Positions 31,401-40,322 of a stretch of DNA of 64,000 nucleotides are shown here, in pieces. The stretch is from an uncultured Candidatus Berkelbacteria bacterium (GTDB lineage: Bacteria; Patescibacteriota; UBA1384; CAILIB01): assembly GCA_903834195.1 (NCBI GenBank), contig CAILIB010000020.1, forward strand, positions 14,084 to 78,083. The letters run 5' to 3'. The notes under the pieces were generated by a model. The model saw only the letters and a program-made list of their open reading frames with translations. It searched no databases and was not told the DNA's origin. The translations under genes were made by a program, and so were the position numbers. The number at the start of each line of letters is the position of its first letter. Position 1 is the first letter of the stretch.

Positions 31401-33576
31401 GCTTATTGCGGTAAGCTTCCGAATTTGGATCTTCAGGAGAACCAGGACGAACTGTTGAACGACCAGTAAGTGGTTGATAGAGTCGCTCTAAATTAGAAAT
31501 ACCACGTGCAGATCCATACTTCTGAGTAAGTCTGTTACTAGCTGAGTTAACCATCGAAAACCCAGCATCCAACCCCGCAGCCGCAGTGACCCAACCTAAA
31601 TCAGGACCAAAAGTATTCATCAAAATCTGCCACTGTGGATTTGAATGAATTGCAGCATGCATTAATGGATTTGTCCCATTAGCAATACCAGCAAGCTGAC
31701 TCAACTGAATAGGAGATGTCACACCAGATGGATCCATCAGATGCCAGTTCGCATTGAGGAAGTTCTGCGTAACGTGAGGCATGTTGTGTGCCAACGCAGT
31801 AGTATCTGTATTATTCAATACAACATGCCAAGCATTATCTGCTGGATTAAATACTACGTGATGACCAATACCAGCAGCATGTGTTAGATGCGATACAGGA
31901 TCAGTAATATTAGCTGAATACGGTGTAAGGTGAGTTGTATGTGTTAATGGATTGTACACATCAGTTGCATGCCCAAAGTTCACATTACTTCCAACCATAT
32001 CTACACCATGTGACTTCGCAGCAGCAAGTGAGTTTAGTGCATCTAGTCCTGAACCAATACCACCTCCAAGCACTTGTCCTAAGAAGCGACTCCACGCAAC
32101 TTTCTTGTCTGTCTTACGGAGCTGTTCTTCGAACGTTTCCACAGCATCAGCACCCTCACCGCCACCGCCTTTTTGAGCACCTCGTGCACGAGACTCAGCT
32201 GTTTCCTTAAGAGAAGTAACGATCATGTTAAACTGTCGGGTCAGATCTTCCTCACTCATCTCTGAGTTTTCCAACGCAGAAGCTGCTGCCGACTGGTTTT
32301 TGAAAAGTGTTTCAAGAATATTGTCAAATGCAGCGTCACCAAGACTTTTTCCATTCTCTTTCTTACCGTGCAAAGCTTTGTCTTGCATGGAGCGCGCAAT
32401 CCAGCTTGCGATACCAGAGCCGATAATGCCTCCTGCGATTGCAGGAATAGCTACACCACCAGTAACCAAACACATGATTCCTGCTGCTGCAACACTTGAT
32501 ACACCTGTTCTCGCTACATCACCAAGCACTTTCCCCATGAGACGTGGAAATCTGTTGGTTAACTTGGTTTTCATGTTTTCGACAAAACCAGCCTTCTTAT
32601 TCGCTACTGGCTTTTCTGTACCATCAATTTTAATGAGAACTTCACCACCTTCTTCCTTAGCGAAGGTGCCGTCCTGATTCTTATCATGGATGCCGTAGTG
32701 TTTGAGTGCATCTTGCCAACCACTAAAGTTGAGCGACTTTAAGTACACCTCAGTCATAGCCGAGCTACGCCCGTTATGTGCCAAGTTACCAAGCACAACC
32801 TTCATTTGGTCAGGAGAGAGATTTTCCCCTGCTTGTGCACGAGCTACGTAGTTCTGCGCCAGTGCATTCTCGTATGCGAGGAACTTACCTTCACGCTTAT
32901 CACGCTCCCGCTGCTCTAAGTCACTAGCAGCCTTATCGCCGTTCAACTTTTGGTCGGCCAACTCTTTACCCACTGAGTTGCGAATATCGTTGTACTCTCT
33001 CTCAAGTTGATCAACACTCATGGTACGTATACCATCCTGAGCAGCTTCGTACGCGCCTTGGTCAAACTTTGGTTGAGGTGGAACTTTTGGCTTTGGCTTC
33101 TCTACTGGCTTAGGTGCTTCAACAGGCTTTTCCTCTTCCTTACCTTTGCCAGATTCTTTATTGCTATCACCCTCAATAAAAGCCACTGTAGTAGTCGTTG
33201 TAACCACATCTCCGTTAGGTAACACTTTTTTAGAGACAGTTGTCCCTGTTGGAGTAACTACTGGTGACGTAGGAGTAGCTGTTGTCTGAACAGGTTCAAC
33301 TGTAGCAGTAGGAGCAACAGGGGTTCGTTTCTTCACCTTTATCGGCGTAGCTTTAGCTGGTGGTGTGACAGTAGGGGTAGTGGCAGTTCCCACTACTGGT
33401 TCATTTGTTTCAGCCCCCACTACAGGAGGAGTCTCATCCTTTTTCACTGCAGGGGTCGATTCACCAACTTCGGCAGTACCTGTTGATGCAGGTGTTGCTT
33501 CGCTATCATTTTTTACTGTAGCATCACTATTTTCAGCAGCTGATACTCCACCACCACCGACTAACTCTTGTAACAT
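28420..33576 (-). CDS. Giant hypothetical protein (1718 aa) with Gly-rich hydrophobic segments
   Basis: Long uninterrupted ORF; Pro/Thr-rich N-terminus, Gly/Ala hydrophobic helices, (DK)n tract, acidic helical C-terminus; no signal peptide. Confidence 0.8.
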   Translation of the reverse strand: MLQELVGGGGVSAAENSDATVKNDSEATPASTGTAEVGESTPAVKKDETPPVVGAETNEPVVGTATTPTVTPPAKATPIKVKKRTPVAPTATVEPVQTTATPTSPVVTPTGTTVSKKVLPNGDVVTTTTTVAFIEGDSNKESGKGKEEEKPVEAPKPVEKPKPKVPPQPKFDQGAYEAAQDGIRTMSVDQLEREYNDIRNSVGKELADQKLNGDKAASDLEQRERDKREGKFLAYENALAQNYVARAQAGENLSPDQMKVVLGNLAHNGRSSAMTEVYLKSLNFSGWQDALKHYGIHDKNQDGTFAKEEGGEVLIKIDGTEKPVANKKAGFVENMKTKLTNRFPRLMGKVLGDVARTGVSSVAAAGIMCLVTGGVAIPAIAGGIIGSGIASWIARSMQDKALHGKKENGKSLGDAAFDNILETLFKNQSAAASALENSEMSEEDLTRQFNMIVTSLKETAESRARGAQKGGGGEGADAVETFEEQLRKTDKKVAWSRFLGQVLGGGIGSGLDALNSLAAAKSHGVDMVGSNVNFGHATDVYNPLTHTTHLTPYSANITDPVSHLTHAAGIGHHVVFNPADNAWHVVLNNTDTTALAHNMPHVTQNFLNANWHLMDPSGVTSPIQLSQLAGIANGTNPLMHAAIHSNPQWQILMNTFGPDLGWVTAAAGLDAGFSMVNSASNRLTQKYGSARGISNLERLYQPLTGRSTVRPGSPEDPNSEAYRNKQKMIDEAEQRRLNAKKIDEMDITTELSGREKLKELQNKVKGHREFLKRNGHEGLFDKLRAITDTQWNDADKGGTIYFADKDQIENLKKLLENAEGEFRAVIVVSRKDLENKEYIDGLRTELGDKLGMVEFVPEEIIGENGRKFHPRWQEMTRDLVELARGEDRVGSAFKVVGEDSKDKDKDKDKDKDKDKDKEKKKLNPEEIREYTKEQVRAAVNVLTIIEAENRDLESVLRSNLYEQVLDHVNVTPNDAPANLSEDQAANVRGDHQLGWMKPIEDILAGLDSDAGLFNYLQTPQERAKGFADRTSIIAKTEYANRLQLLIDIVNGIAARKNMADIDDENDSRNGEKDPRFSTDNDKTRPDQFNNKTRAEHEFYLQIAEKLKSIHAKMLEDNKYQYDRLVNPDAHPISTDSGVKVQDNPYYLALNNIADEGAFVEHAKRELKIVANPWMGLMQSELNNRPEPHSEADLEIDAKLQRFRNAISNLDNATSLVYAAAEYFHVRAELETAGINPELALYGEDLTAICMAVSDRLDSSNSGIDITERISQEKIEKDIVTVLVNQADIPEGLTVLPHTFRGIGHDLFLGSESNIMLDDVILRISQCLNALENIASGTGNRDRLVNLLTTARGTLLASDEYNTEDALSNVLQVPEVAPTPESELLKGIGLEKIDDIPDDLISELNAFDPADDDSSDEIVELIFSDEENAKLRSQISTFSADDIHQRLVAIQYAIPEVLGAGVVQADLEQAFNNAAGKLYIEMGDIHDKKTVSDVESFYREYFARIIAEGNVPNTPTGLDSIDLTNDVLLGIARTIYADKFNEYSSEELVDGLSKVEEVAREFNLDEFADFLAGLRNRIDNPPVVPAAGERELLPISDSELNRDAIKESWVTRARSWGGQIPDVLNQNEINIQALGEYLMGDLYPGRQFTENQVFRTIGDAGREFQNAARENVGITGNIDQGGIFRAARVEMISKLLAAQEKIRGGFTTPIDASSVHKTT
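30820..30878 (-). repeat. Degenerate hexamer repeat encoding (DK)n
   Basis: TTTGTC/TTTATC/CTTGTC units on + strand; protein KDKDKDKDKDKDKDKEKKK. Confidence 0.85.
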
Positions 33577-33588
33577 GGTAGTAAAAGA

Positions 33589-33951
33589 TTAAACAGCAAC
33601 AGGCTGTGCAGGGCTAGTAGCAACTTGGAATGTAACCGCCAATTCAAGACGATACTGAATCGCCTCTTCAAGCATTCGAGCAACAATATCGATACCGCGT
33701 GCCTCAAAAAACTTCATAAGTTCATCGCCTTCAAGAAGATCCATTTGTTCACGATCTTCAGGAGAAAGATCTTCTACAATCGAGAGCAAGAGACGTGCCT
33801 GAATTGTATCGTTCATTGCATCTAAATATTCCTCTTTTTCAGAGTCGCTCATACTTCCCAAACCGAGAAGGTTAAAGATGTCTTCGTTTAGAATGTCGTC
33901 GATAGTGATTGGCTTTGCCATAGGAGAATGTGCACTTGTTTCTTCTATCAT
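33589..33951 (-). CDS. Small acidic helical hypothetical protein (DUF5663-like)
   Basis: DIF.LLGL..MS..EKE.YL..M...I..R pattern; SD AAGGTG; first gene of the putative operon. Confidence 0.65.
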   Translation of the reverse strand: MIEETSAHSPMAKPITIDDILNEDIFNLLGLGSMSDSEKEEYLDAMNDTIQARLLLSIVEDLSPEDREQMDLLEGDELMKFFEARGIDIVARMLEEAIQYRLELAVTFQVATSPAQPVAV

Positions 33952-34041
33952 ACATCACCTTTATTGTTTGCAACAATAGACTATATAAACAAAATCCCCC
34001 AGAGCCGATGGCCCAAGGGGGAAATGATTCATTACCCGGAA

Positions 34042-34629
34042 TCACGGGTGTCGACGAGATGCGCGACGTAAGCGGGCACGGGCTTGGGAAAGCCTGTGCT
34101 TACCGTACGCCAGTGTCCCGGCGATCACTGCCACAGAAAGCAGTATTGCTGCGATAGTTACAACCCATGACGCTACCCATTGTGGTGAGTTTTGGTCAGA
34201 GTTGTCTGGCATGTATAAGCCAGAATGTTCCAGTGGCGGAATCGCCGAAGTTGTTGCAGGCGCAACAGGTGTCGACGGCAGTGGAGTTTTTTTCGTCGGC
34301 GGTACTTGGTGCCCACTTGAATGAGCATGTTTCGTGCCGCGGACCCTCCCACCAGTTCTCGGCGGTGACGATGGTACAGGAGGATCTTCCTCCTGGTTCA
34401 CCCTGATCGTAATATGCTGACCCTCAGGATCAGCATCACGAAACCGCACGACGTCACCCCCATACATAGGGAGCCTAGCTTTCTCAGCTGGAGGTAGTGC
34501 TGGTGCTCGTGGAGTATGAACCACCTTTGGTGGAGCCGCTGGTGGCTCCGGGTCGAGGGTCATTCCTTGCTGCGCAAAGGCAGCAGCGGAAATAACCAGA
34601 GTACCGAGGCATGCGACCAGAAATTTCAT
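34042..34629 (-). CDS. Hypothetical exported Pro-rich membrane protein
   Basis: Signal peptide (..AAAFA|QQ), C-terminal TM and Arg-rich tail; own promoter TTGACA-17-TACCCT (34697-34725), SD and terminator (33990-34025). Confidence 0.7.
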   Translation of the reverse strand: MKFLVACLGTLVISAAAFAQQGMTLDPEPPAAPPKVVHTPRAPALPPAEKARLPMYGGDVVRFRDADPEGQHITIRVNQEEDPPVPSSPPRTGGRVRGTKHAHSSGHQVPPTKKTPLPSTPVAPATTSAIPPLEHSGLYMPDNSDQNSPQWVASWVVTIAAILLSVAVIAGTLAYGKHRLSQARARLRRASRRHP

Positions 34630-34737
34630 CCGTCTCCCTCTTTGCGCTCAGGCAAAGAATACGCGAATCACCTGTTTCCAGATGAGACGATGTGTTAGGG
34701 TACCACAAAACCTGCGTTTTGTCAATCCGCTAACAGA

Positions 34738-35943
34738 TTAATACGTAAAAACTGCGCGTAATTCTTTAATTTTTCCAAGTATAATTGCAGCACGCATGTG
34801 TTCAGTAATCCTGTGTAACACAGCAATATTATGAAGCGTAAGAATCCTATACCCGAGCATTTCATGCTCTTTCAGGTAATGGCACAAGGTTGAACGAGAA
34901 AAACCCTGCAAATCTGTTGGTAATACCCCTGGACAGCTAAGAAGCGGGCGAACATCATCTTTTAACCGAGCATTGTTCATATTCCAGCTCTCAACCTTCA
35001 AATGCTCTGTAAGCAATGTTTCAGTGTCCCCTGTCCAAAAAGCTTCTTCAGCTTTTTCTGTTCCTGTAAGCATCCAAACAGCCCCATGACGAGCTAAGCG
35101 AGATGGGGCAACGCAATCATACATATCCACACCACGCATTGTGGCCTCGATTATATCGAGAGGCTCACCAAGCCCCATAAAATAACGCGGCTTGTTTTCT
35201 GGCAATAACGAGGTAATTGAAGAGGTTGCCACCCACATATCAGGTTTACTTTCACCAATCGCCAAACCGCCGATGGCATTTCCTGGCAAGTCGTGCGCAG
35301 AAATATAGGCAGCAGATTCTCGATGTAATTCAGTATGAATACCACCCTGTACAATGCCGAAAAGCGCTTGCTTGGTAATAACCCCTGCTTTCCACTGGTT
35401 CACCGAACGATCTAACCATCGATGCGTACGCTGCATGGCGTCTTGAGCAGCATGTGTATCGGACATTCCATACACCGGCTGATCAAAGGCCATCATAATA
35501 TCAGCACCAAGTTTTTGCTGAACTTGAATCGAGTGCTCTGGGCTAAACAAGTGTTTTGAACCATCTAAATGCGAGAAAAAAGTAATTCCTTCTTCAGAAA
35601 CTTTACGCATCGCTTTTTTCTCACGGCCGTTAATTGCTTTTTCACCAAGTGAGAATACTTGAAACCCACCACTGTCGGTCAAAATGGGTGCGTTATACTG
35701 CATAAACCCATGTAAACCACCGGTTTGTGCAACTAAATCCTCCCCTGGCCGCAGGTACATGTGGTAGGTATTGGCCAGAATCGTCTGAGAACCCACAGTT
35801 TGCAATTCTACCGGCGAGACACCTTTAACCGCCCCATGTGTGCCTACAGGCATAAACATGGGGGTAGTAACAGTGCCGTGCGGAGTTGTAAACTCTGCTA
35901 CACGGGCCAATCCGTCTTGCGCGGCAATCTTAAATTCAAACAT
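34738..35943 (-). CDS. tgt: tRNA-guanine transglycosylase
   Basis: TP.FMPVGT, LANTYH, TDSGGFQVFSL, GIVQGG, PRYFMG, D..DCV.P.R. Confidence 0.95.
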   Translation of the reverse strand: MFEFKIAAQDGLARVAEFTTPHGTVTTPMFMPVGTHGAVKGVSPVELQTVGSQTILANTYHMYLRPGEDLVAQTGGLHGFMQYNAPILTDSGGFQVFSLGEKAINGREKKAMRKVSEEGITFFSHLDGSKHLFSPEHSIQVQQKLGADIMMAFDQPVYGMSDTHAAQDAMQRTHRWLDRSVNQWKAGVITKQALFGIVQGGIHTELHRESAAYISAHDLPGNAIGGLAIGESKPDMWVATSSITSLLPENKPRYFMGLGEPLDIIEATMRGVDMYDCVAPSRLARHGAVWMLTGTEKAEEAFWTGDTETLLTEHLKVESWNMNNARLKDDVRPLLSCPGVLPTDLQGFSRSTLCHYLKEHEMLGYRILTLHNIAVLHRITEHMRAAIILGKIKELRAVFTY

Positions 35944-36593
35944 TAAATTTCTACCCGTTCACCAACATCTAAAATACGTACATCAACTTTCCCTTTGAGT
36001 TGGTCAGCAACCTCATGTGCAGGCTCACCATCTGGCCACATATGGTAGTGCACTGGAATGGTAACCCCACTCCATCCAAGCCGTTCTACGTATGCTACAG
36101 CTTCTTCAGGACCAAAGGTATACCCTTTGCCACCCACTGGAATCATCAGGACGTCATACGATTCTTGTGGGGTATTCTCTAATGGTACAAACATATCTCC
36201 CAAATACCAAAGCGACTTTCTGCCAACTGAAATGATAAATCCAGCGTTTTCGACCGGAAATGTGACATTCGGGCCGTGATCTGACTCTGTAAATGTAATC
36301 GTAAATGGTGTTCCTTCAATTTTTACGGTCTGACCAATTGCAGAAACACTTACTTTTAATTGTGTCTCAGTTAGGAGTTCAGCAACTTGAGCGACTGTAT
36401 ACACAGGTGCAGCCATAGCATTTAACCTATCTATAACAAAGTGATCTGGATGAATATGTGAAACAAGCACAGCACTCACTATTCCCATGAGCGCAAAACT
36501 TTGGTCAGATACTCGGTTTCCAATATCAACAGCTAGTCGATAGCCATTACTCTCAACAACAAATGATGAGTGTTCTAGTTTTGTGATAACCAT
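35943..36593 (-). CDS. MBL-fold metallo-hydrolase
   Basis: SHIHPDH, YLGD, IPVGG, PVHY. Confidence 0.88.
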   Translation of the reverse strand: MVITKLEHSSFVVESNGYRLAVDIGNRVSDQSFALMGIVSAVLVSHIHPDHFVIDRLNAMAAPVYTVAQVAELLTETQLKVSVSAIGQTVKIEGTPFTITFTESDHGPNVTFPVENAGFIISVGRKSLWYLGDMFVPLENTPQESYDVLMIPVGGKGYTFGPEEAVAYVERLGWSGVTIPVHYHMWPDGEPAHEVADQLKGKVDVRILDVGERVEI

Positions 36594-36679
36594 AGATCTC
36601 CTTTCCTGTGCACGGTAACAAATTCTAAGATAAAGAAAAAGCCCCGGTTACCCGGGACCTTCTCTAATTCAGTAGAAAA

Positions 36680-37060
36680 CTACTTAACTTCAACTGAAGC
36701 ACCAGCAGCTTTGAGCTTTTCAACAGCAGCGTCAGCTTCTTCCTTCTTCACGTTGGAGATAACTTCCTTAGGAGCGCCATCTACAAGGTCCTTAGCTTCC
36801 TTAAGACCTAGGTCTGAACGGATTTCACGAACTGCTTTGATAGCGTTGATCTTGCTAGCACCACCGTCGGTTAGGACAACAGTGAAAGAAGTCTTTTCTT
36901 CAGCAGGAGCAGCATCAGCAGCAGCTGCAGGCATAGCACCCATCATCATAGGAGCAGCAGCAGAAACACCGAACTTCTCTTCGAGTTCTTTTACGAGCTC
37001 TGAAAGCTCAAGTACGTTTAGTTTTTCGATCTGTTCGATCAGTTTTGAAAAATCAGCCAT
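36680..37060 (-). CDS. rplL: 50S ribosomal protein L7/L12
   Basis: [30 protein letters not shown]. Confidence 0.99.
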   Translation of the reverse strand: MADFSKLIEQIEKLNVLELSELVKELEEKFGVSAAAPMMMGAMPAAAADAAPAEEKTSFTVVLTDGGASKINAIKAVREIRSDLGLKEAKDLVDGAPKEVISNVKKEEADAAVEKLKAAGASVEVK

Positions 37061-37089
37061 TGTGGATAATTTATATGTTGTAAATAAGA

Positions 37090-37614
37090 TTAAGCGGCCT
37101 TCGAGTCACGAACGGCAGAAAGCACGTTAACGAGACCACGAATGTTGCCAGCAAGTACGTTGACGAAGCCTGAGAGAGGAGCTTGAAGGGTTCCAACCAG
37201 CTGACCAAGAAGCTGTTCGCGACTTGGAAGCTTAGCAAGAGCTTCAACCTGAGCTGCGGTAACGAAATTACCGTCAACAATTCCACCGAGGACTTTTAGG
37301 TTTTCAATATCCTTTGTGAACGGCATAAGCAGACGAGCTGCAGCAACCGGATCAGCATAGGAGTAGATCAGCGCAAGTGGTTGATCAAGGAGTTCAGCAG
37401 GAACGTCAGTCTTTGTTTCTTCAAGGGCGCGCTTCAGGAGGCTATTTTTAGCAACCTGGAACTGGAGCCCGTGTTCGTAAAGACCATCGCGGATCTGCTC
37501 AATCTCATCAACTTTCACTGCCTGTGTACCAACCAGAACGACACCTTGTGAGCGTCCTAAACGATCGGTAAGTTTGGAAAGAATTTCTTCCTTCTGCACC
37601 CGCGTTTTTGGCAT
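37090..37614 (-). CDS. rplJ: 50S ribosomal protein L10
   Basis: [16 protein letters not shown]; upstream of rplL; start at ATG 37614. Confidence 0.96.
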   Translation of the reverse strand: MPKTRVQKEEILSKLTDRLGRSQGVVLVGTQAVKVDEIEQIRDGLYEHGLQFQVAKNSLLKRALEETKTDVPAELLDQPLALIYSYADPVAAARLLMPFTKDIENLKVLGGIVDGNFVTAAQVEALAKLPSREQLLGQLVGTLQAPLSGFVNVLAGNIRGLVNVLSAVRDSKAA

Positions 37615-37623
37615 AGTGTTATG

Positions 37624-37692
37624 TTTGATACCCTCTTTGAGAACTGACTCACGACATGAGTAAGGGTTGAGGTTCCCAAAGAGGGTATCAAA
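37624..37692 (-). ncRNA. Long-stem structured element in rplJ leader (copy 1)
   Basis: 21-bp inverted repeat (one G-U on - strand) enclosing CTCAACCCTTACTCATGTCGTGAGTCA; homologous to 40323-40393. Confidence 0.75.
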
Positions 37693-37718
37693 TTTCCGAG
37701 TTAATAAGGTAATAAAAT

Positions 37719-37820
37719 AAAAAATTCGCTCAGAGACAGAGCGAAACATCACACAACTCGCGTTGATATGCGCCTCGGCAGGACTTCTTCCGTTAGGATG
37801 CCTACTGTCTCTGGTACAAA
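37719..37820 (-). promoter_or_regulatory. L10 leader (attenuator)
   Basis: CCAGAGACAGTAGG...CCTGCCGAGG L10-leader motif; terminator TTCGCTC/GAGCGAA-T6 whose CTGTCTCTG can pair with upstream CAGAGACAG; promoter TTGACC-17-TAAAGT at 37824-37852. Confidence 0.85.
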
Positions 37821-37907
37821 GATACTTTACCTGATTTCCAGGTTGAGGTCAATACTTGGGTAAAAAAATATGTTTGACCGGGGGTGCCGGCCAAACATGA
37901 AGCGGAT

Positions 37908-38438
37908 TCACTTCTTTTCCTTGAGTAATTGCTCGATGAACCACTCAAGTATATAACCCAGGTTCTCCGGATCCGCTTTCTGAACTGCAGCTATGGCAGC
38001 AAGCGGGAAGTACTCTTGAATAAGAGGATACCCCTCGTCACCGACGTGGTCGTCGACTTCAAAAACTGGGTATCCGACACTATTCAACCCTACTTTGAAT
38101 CTAGGATCGAAGAGTGTGAGCTCGGGCGGACCCTTAAGCCCTTGATTGAAGTTGAAGTGGTAGCAACGTACCGATTCGTCGCACAGAAAGATCAGGAACA
38201 AGCCATCCACCGATGATCCGTAAATCTTGTTGAAAAAAACACACGGATTCCTGGAGTAATTTTCTGGCCCCCATTGCGCAGAAGAATAATTTCCTACTAG
38301 AGCACTTTGTGCAACTTCCGGGGTAACTTCAACACACGACTGTTTCGGAAGCTTGCGAAGCAACTTCTCAATCGGAATGACAGCATTAACCGGCTCTTTC
38401 TTCCCTGACTGACGAACCTGCAGATATAAAGACATCAC
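37908..38438 (-). CDS. Hypothetical protein
   Basis: ORF with SD (GGGAGAAGGA) and own terminator at 37862-37899; no recognisable motif. Confidence 0.6.
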   Translation of the reverse strand: MMSLYLQVRQSGKKEPVNAVIPIEKLLRKLPKQSCVEVTPEVAQSALVGNYSSAQWGPENYSRNPCVFFNKIYGSSVDGLFLIFLCDESVRCYHFNFNQGLKGPPELTLFDPRFKVGLNSVGYPVFEVDDHVGDEGYPLIQEYFPLAAIAAVQKADPENLGYILEWFIEQLLKEKK

Positions 38439-38611
38439 ATTTCCTTCTCCCTTAACCCAGGAAGTGGGCTCCGTTAGGAGATTATCGAATATACCACAAG
38501 TAGTTCATTATTTCAATTAGAAACGCCTTATCAGATTGACAAATCTAGTAAATAATGGTTAAATAACACATTCGAAACGAACTTTCGACAACACGTGCTT
38601 TTAGGAGAAAA

Positions 38612-39217
38612 ATGAAAAAAATCCTCACATTACCCGCCGGAAACCCAGTGGAATTTCGTTGGACAAACAGGAAGGGTGTAAAAAAACGATTCCTGATTCC
38701 TGGTTCGCTTTGGGTGACCATCGTGACTATGTTACTTATGGCACTCACCTTCGCTTATGCCAAAACCCTAACCTGGCAAATCGGAGTAGGTGTAACCCTT
38801 ATGCTTCTGATCCATGAATTAGGGCACTTATACGCTGCTAAAAAGTGTGGATACTTGGCCAGTGTGCCGATATTCATACCATACCTCGGCGCAGCTGTAA
38901 TTTGTCCTCAGATTCTAAGAAGTCGCAATGAGGCGTACGTCGGCTATTACGGACCACTATTTGCAGCGATTGCGAGTATTAATCTGCTCCTGTTCACTAT
39001 CCTGTGGCCAGGACATCACCATGACGTCGCACTCGTAAATCAGGCGAGTTTGTCAGTTAACGTTTTCAACATGATCCCACTCAGGTTTCTCGATGGTGGA
39101 CGCATACTTGCGAAAAATGCTTCGCCGCGTCGACACCATGCAGATTGGGTCAGGTGCTATGTAATCCTGACGGTGGGTCAGATTGCATTGTGGGTTATTC
39201 AAGCATTCTACTACTAA
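38612..39217 (+). CDS. Site-2 protease (peptidase M50)
   Basis: HELGH, GP, FNMIP..FLDGG; promoter TTGACA-17-TTAAAT and AGGAG SD. Confidence 0.88.
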   Translation: MKKILTLPAGNPVEFRWTNRKGVKKRFLIPGSLWVTIVTMLLMALTFAYAKTLTWQIGVGVTLMLLIHELGHLYAAKKCGYLASVPIFIPYLGAAVICPQILRSRNEAYVGYYGPLFAAIASINLLLFTILWPGHHHDVALVNQASLSVNVFNMIPLRFLDGGRILAKNASPRRHHADWVRCYVILTVGQIALWVIQAFYY

Positions 39218-39280
39218 CCTAACTAAAGCACGTGGTATTGAGTCGGTCCAAATGTATTGGGCCGGCTTTTTTTGTATACC

Positions 39281-39307
39281 AAAAACCCCGCCTTGCAGCG
39301 GGGTTTT
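39281..39307 (-). terminator. Terminator after rplA
   Basis: AAAACCCCGC/GCGGGGTTTT inverted repeat. Confidence 0.8.
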
Positions 39308-39320
39308 CTCTCGATTCAGT

Positions 39321-40274
39321 TTAGAGCTGAACTTTTACACCAGGTCCCATTGTAGGAGCGAGTGAAACTGAAACTACCTTACCACCTTGGAGAATTGACT
39401 CCATAGTGCGGAAATTTTCAGCAATTTGCTCAGTCTTGAACGAAATTCGGCCAAGTGACATGTGAAGAACACCAGTTTTATCGGTACGATATTCAACACG
39501 TCCACCACTGATTTCTTTTGTAACTTTCTCGATATCTTCTGTAACTGTACCAGCTTTAGGAGATGGCATCAGACCTTTAGGACCAAGAAGCTTAGCAAAC
39601 TTAGCAAGCTTTGGCATTTGAGCAGGAGTTGCAATCAGAACGTCAAAGTCGAGCTTACCTGCAGCAATTGCTTCAATAGTTGCATCATCAGCAACAGCAA
39701 CTTTCTTAGTTTTACCTGTTCCGTGTGGAAGAACGATTGTTCCGCGAACACCTTCAACCTTAAGCTTTGCATGAAGTTCGATGGTACCATCAAACTTTGT
39801 AGTTGATGTCTTCTTTACAAGCTCAATCGCTTCTTCAAGTGGATACTGCTTGTTGCGTTCAACTAGAGCAACAACCTGACGATACTTCTTGCCGCGAAGA
39901 CGGAGTGGGTCAAGTTTCTTGGTTGAAACAGGCTCAGCAGTCTTACCTTCAGATACGCGCTTTGCAGCTGCTTTCTTAGCCTTTTCTGAAGTACTCTCAC
40001 GATTCTTGTGCTTTTTTTCACCTTCTTCTGCAACGATTTCAGCATCAAGCTCAGCAACATCTGCCTCAAGAGCTTCTTCTTCGTCAGTTACCAAAACCTG
40101 CTCGTCAGCTTCTAGCGCTGTAGCATTGTCGGTGTTCATAGCAGACATTTCTGCAGGAATAACATCGTCGGTATCGGTAATTTCGTCCATTACCTCATCC
40201 ATTGATGTGTTCTCTTCTAAATTCTGGTGAAGTGCGTCATGCAGTTCACTTGGGTCAAGTACTTCTTTGTCCAT
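39321..40274 (-). CDS. rplA: 50S ribosomal protein L1 with long acidic N-terminal extension
   Basis: [32 protein letters not shown]; ATG 40274 preceded by GGAGG. Confidence 0.93.
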   Translation of the reverse strand: MDKEVLDPSELHDALHQNLEENTSMDEVMDEITDTDDVIPAEMSAMNTDNATALEADEQVLVTDEEEALEADVAELDAEIVAEEGEKKHKNRESTSEKAKKAAAKRVSEGKTAEPVSTKKLDPLRLRGKKYRQVVALVERNKQYPLEEAIELVKKTSTTKFDGTIELHAKLKVEGVRGTIVLPHGTGKTKKVAVADDATIEAIAAGKLDFDVLIATPAQMPKLAKFAKLLGPKGLMPSPKAGTVTEDIEKVTKEISGGRVEYRTDKTGVLHMSLGRISFKTEQIAENFRTMESILQGGKVVSVSLAPTMGPGVKVQL

Positions 40275-40284
40275 TGGACCTCCG

Positions 40285-40316
40285 GTGGTAGTAACGCTCA
40301 GATTCTGAGCTCCCAC
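40285..40316 (-). promoter_or_regulatory. L1-binding leader (23S rRNA mimic)
   Basis: GTGGGAG-CTCAGA..CTGAG-CGTTACT-ACCAC matches the GUGGGAG...ACCAC L1 autoregulatory motif. Confidence 0.75.
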
Positions 40317-40322
40317 AATTAC

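Noticed and set aside
37645-37671. Guanidine-II (mini-ykkC) riboswitch from ACGA loops
   Set aside because: ACGA is on the non-coding strand and each element has only one such hairpin.
37615-37752. N-terminal extension of L10 from the ORF track
   Set aside because: The region is the attenuator plus long hairpin; homology starts at ATG 37614.
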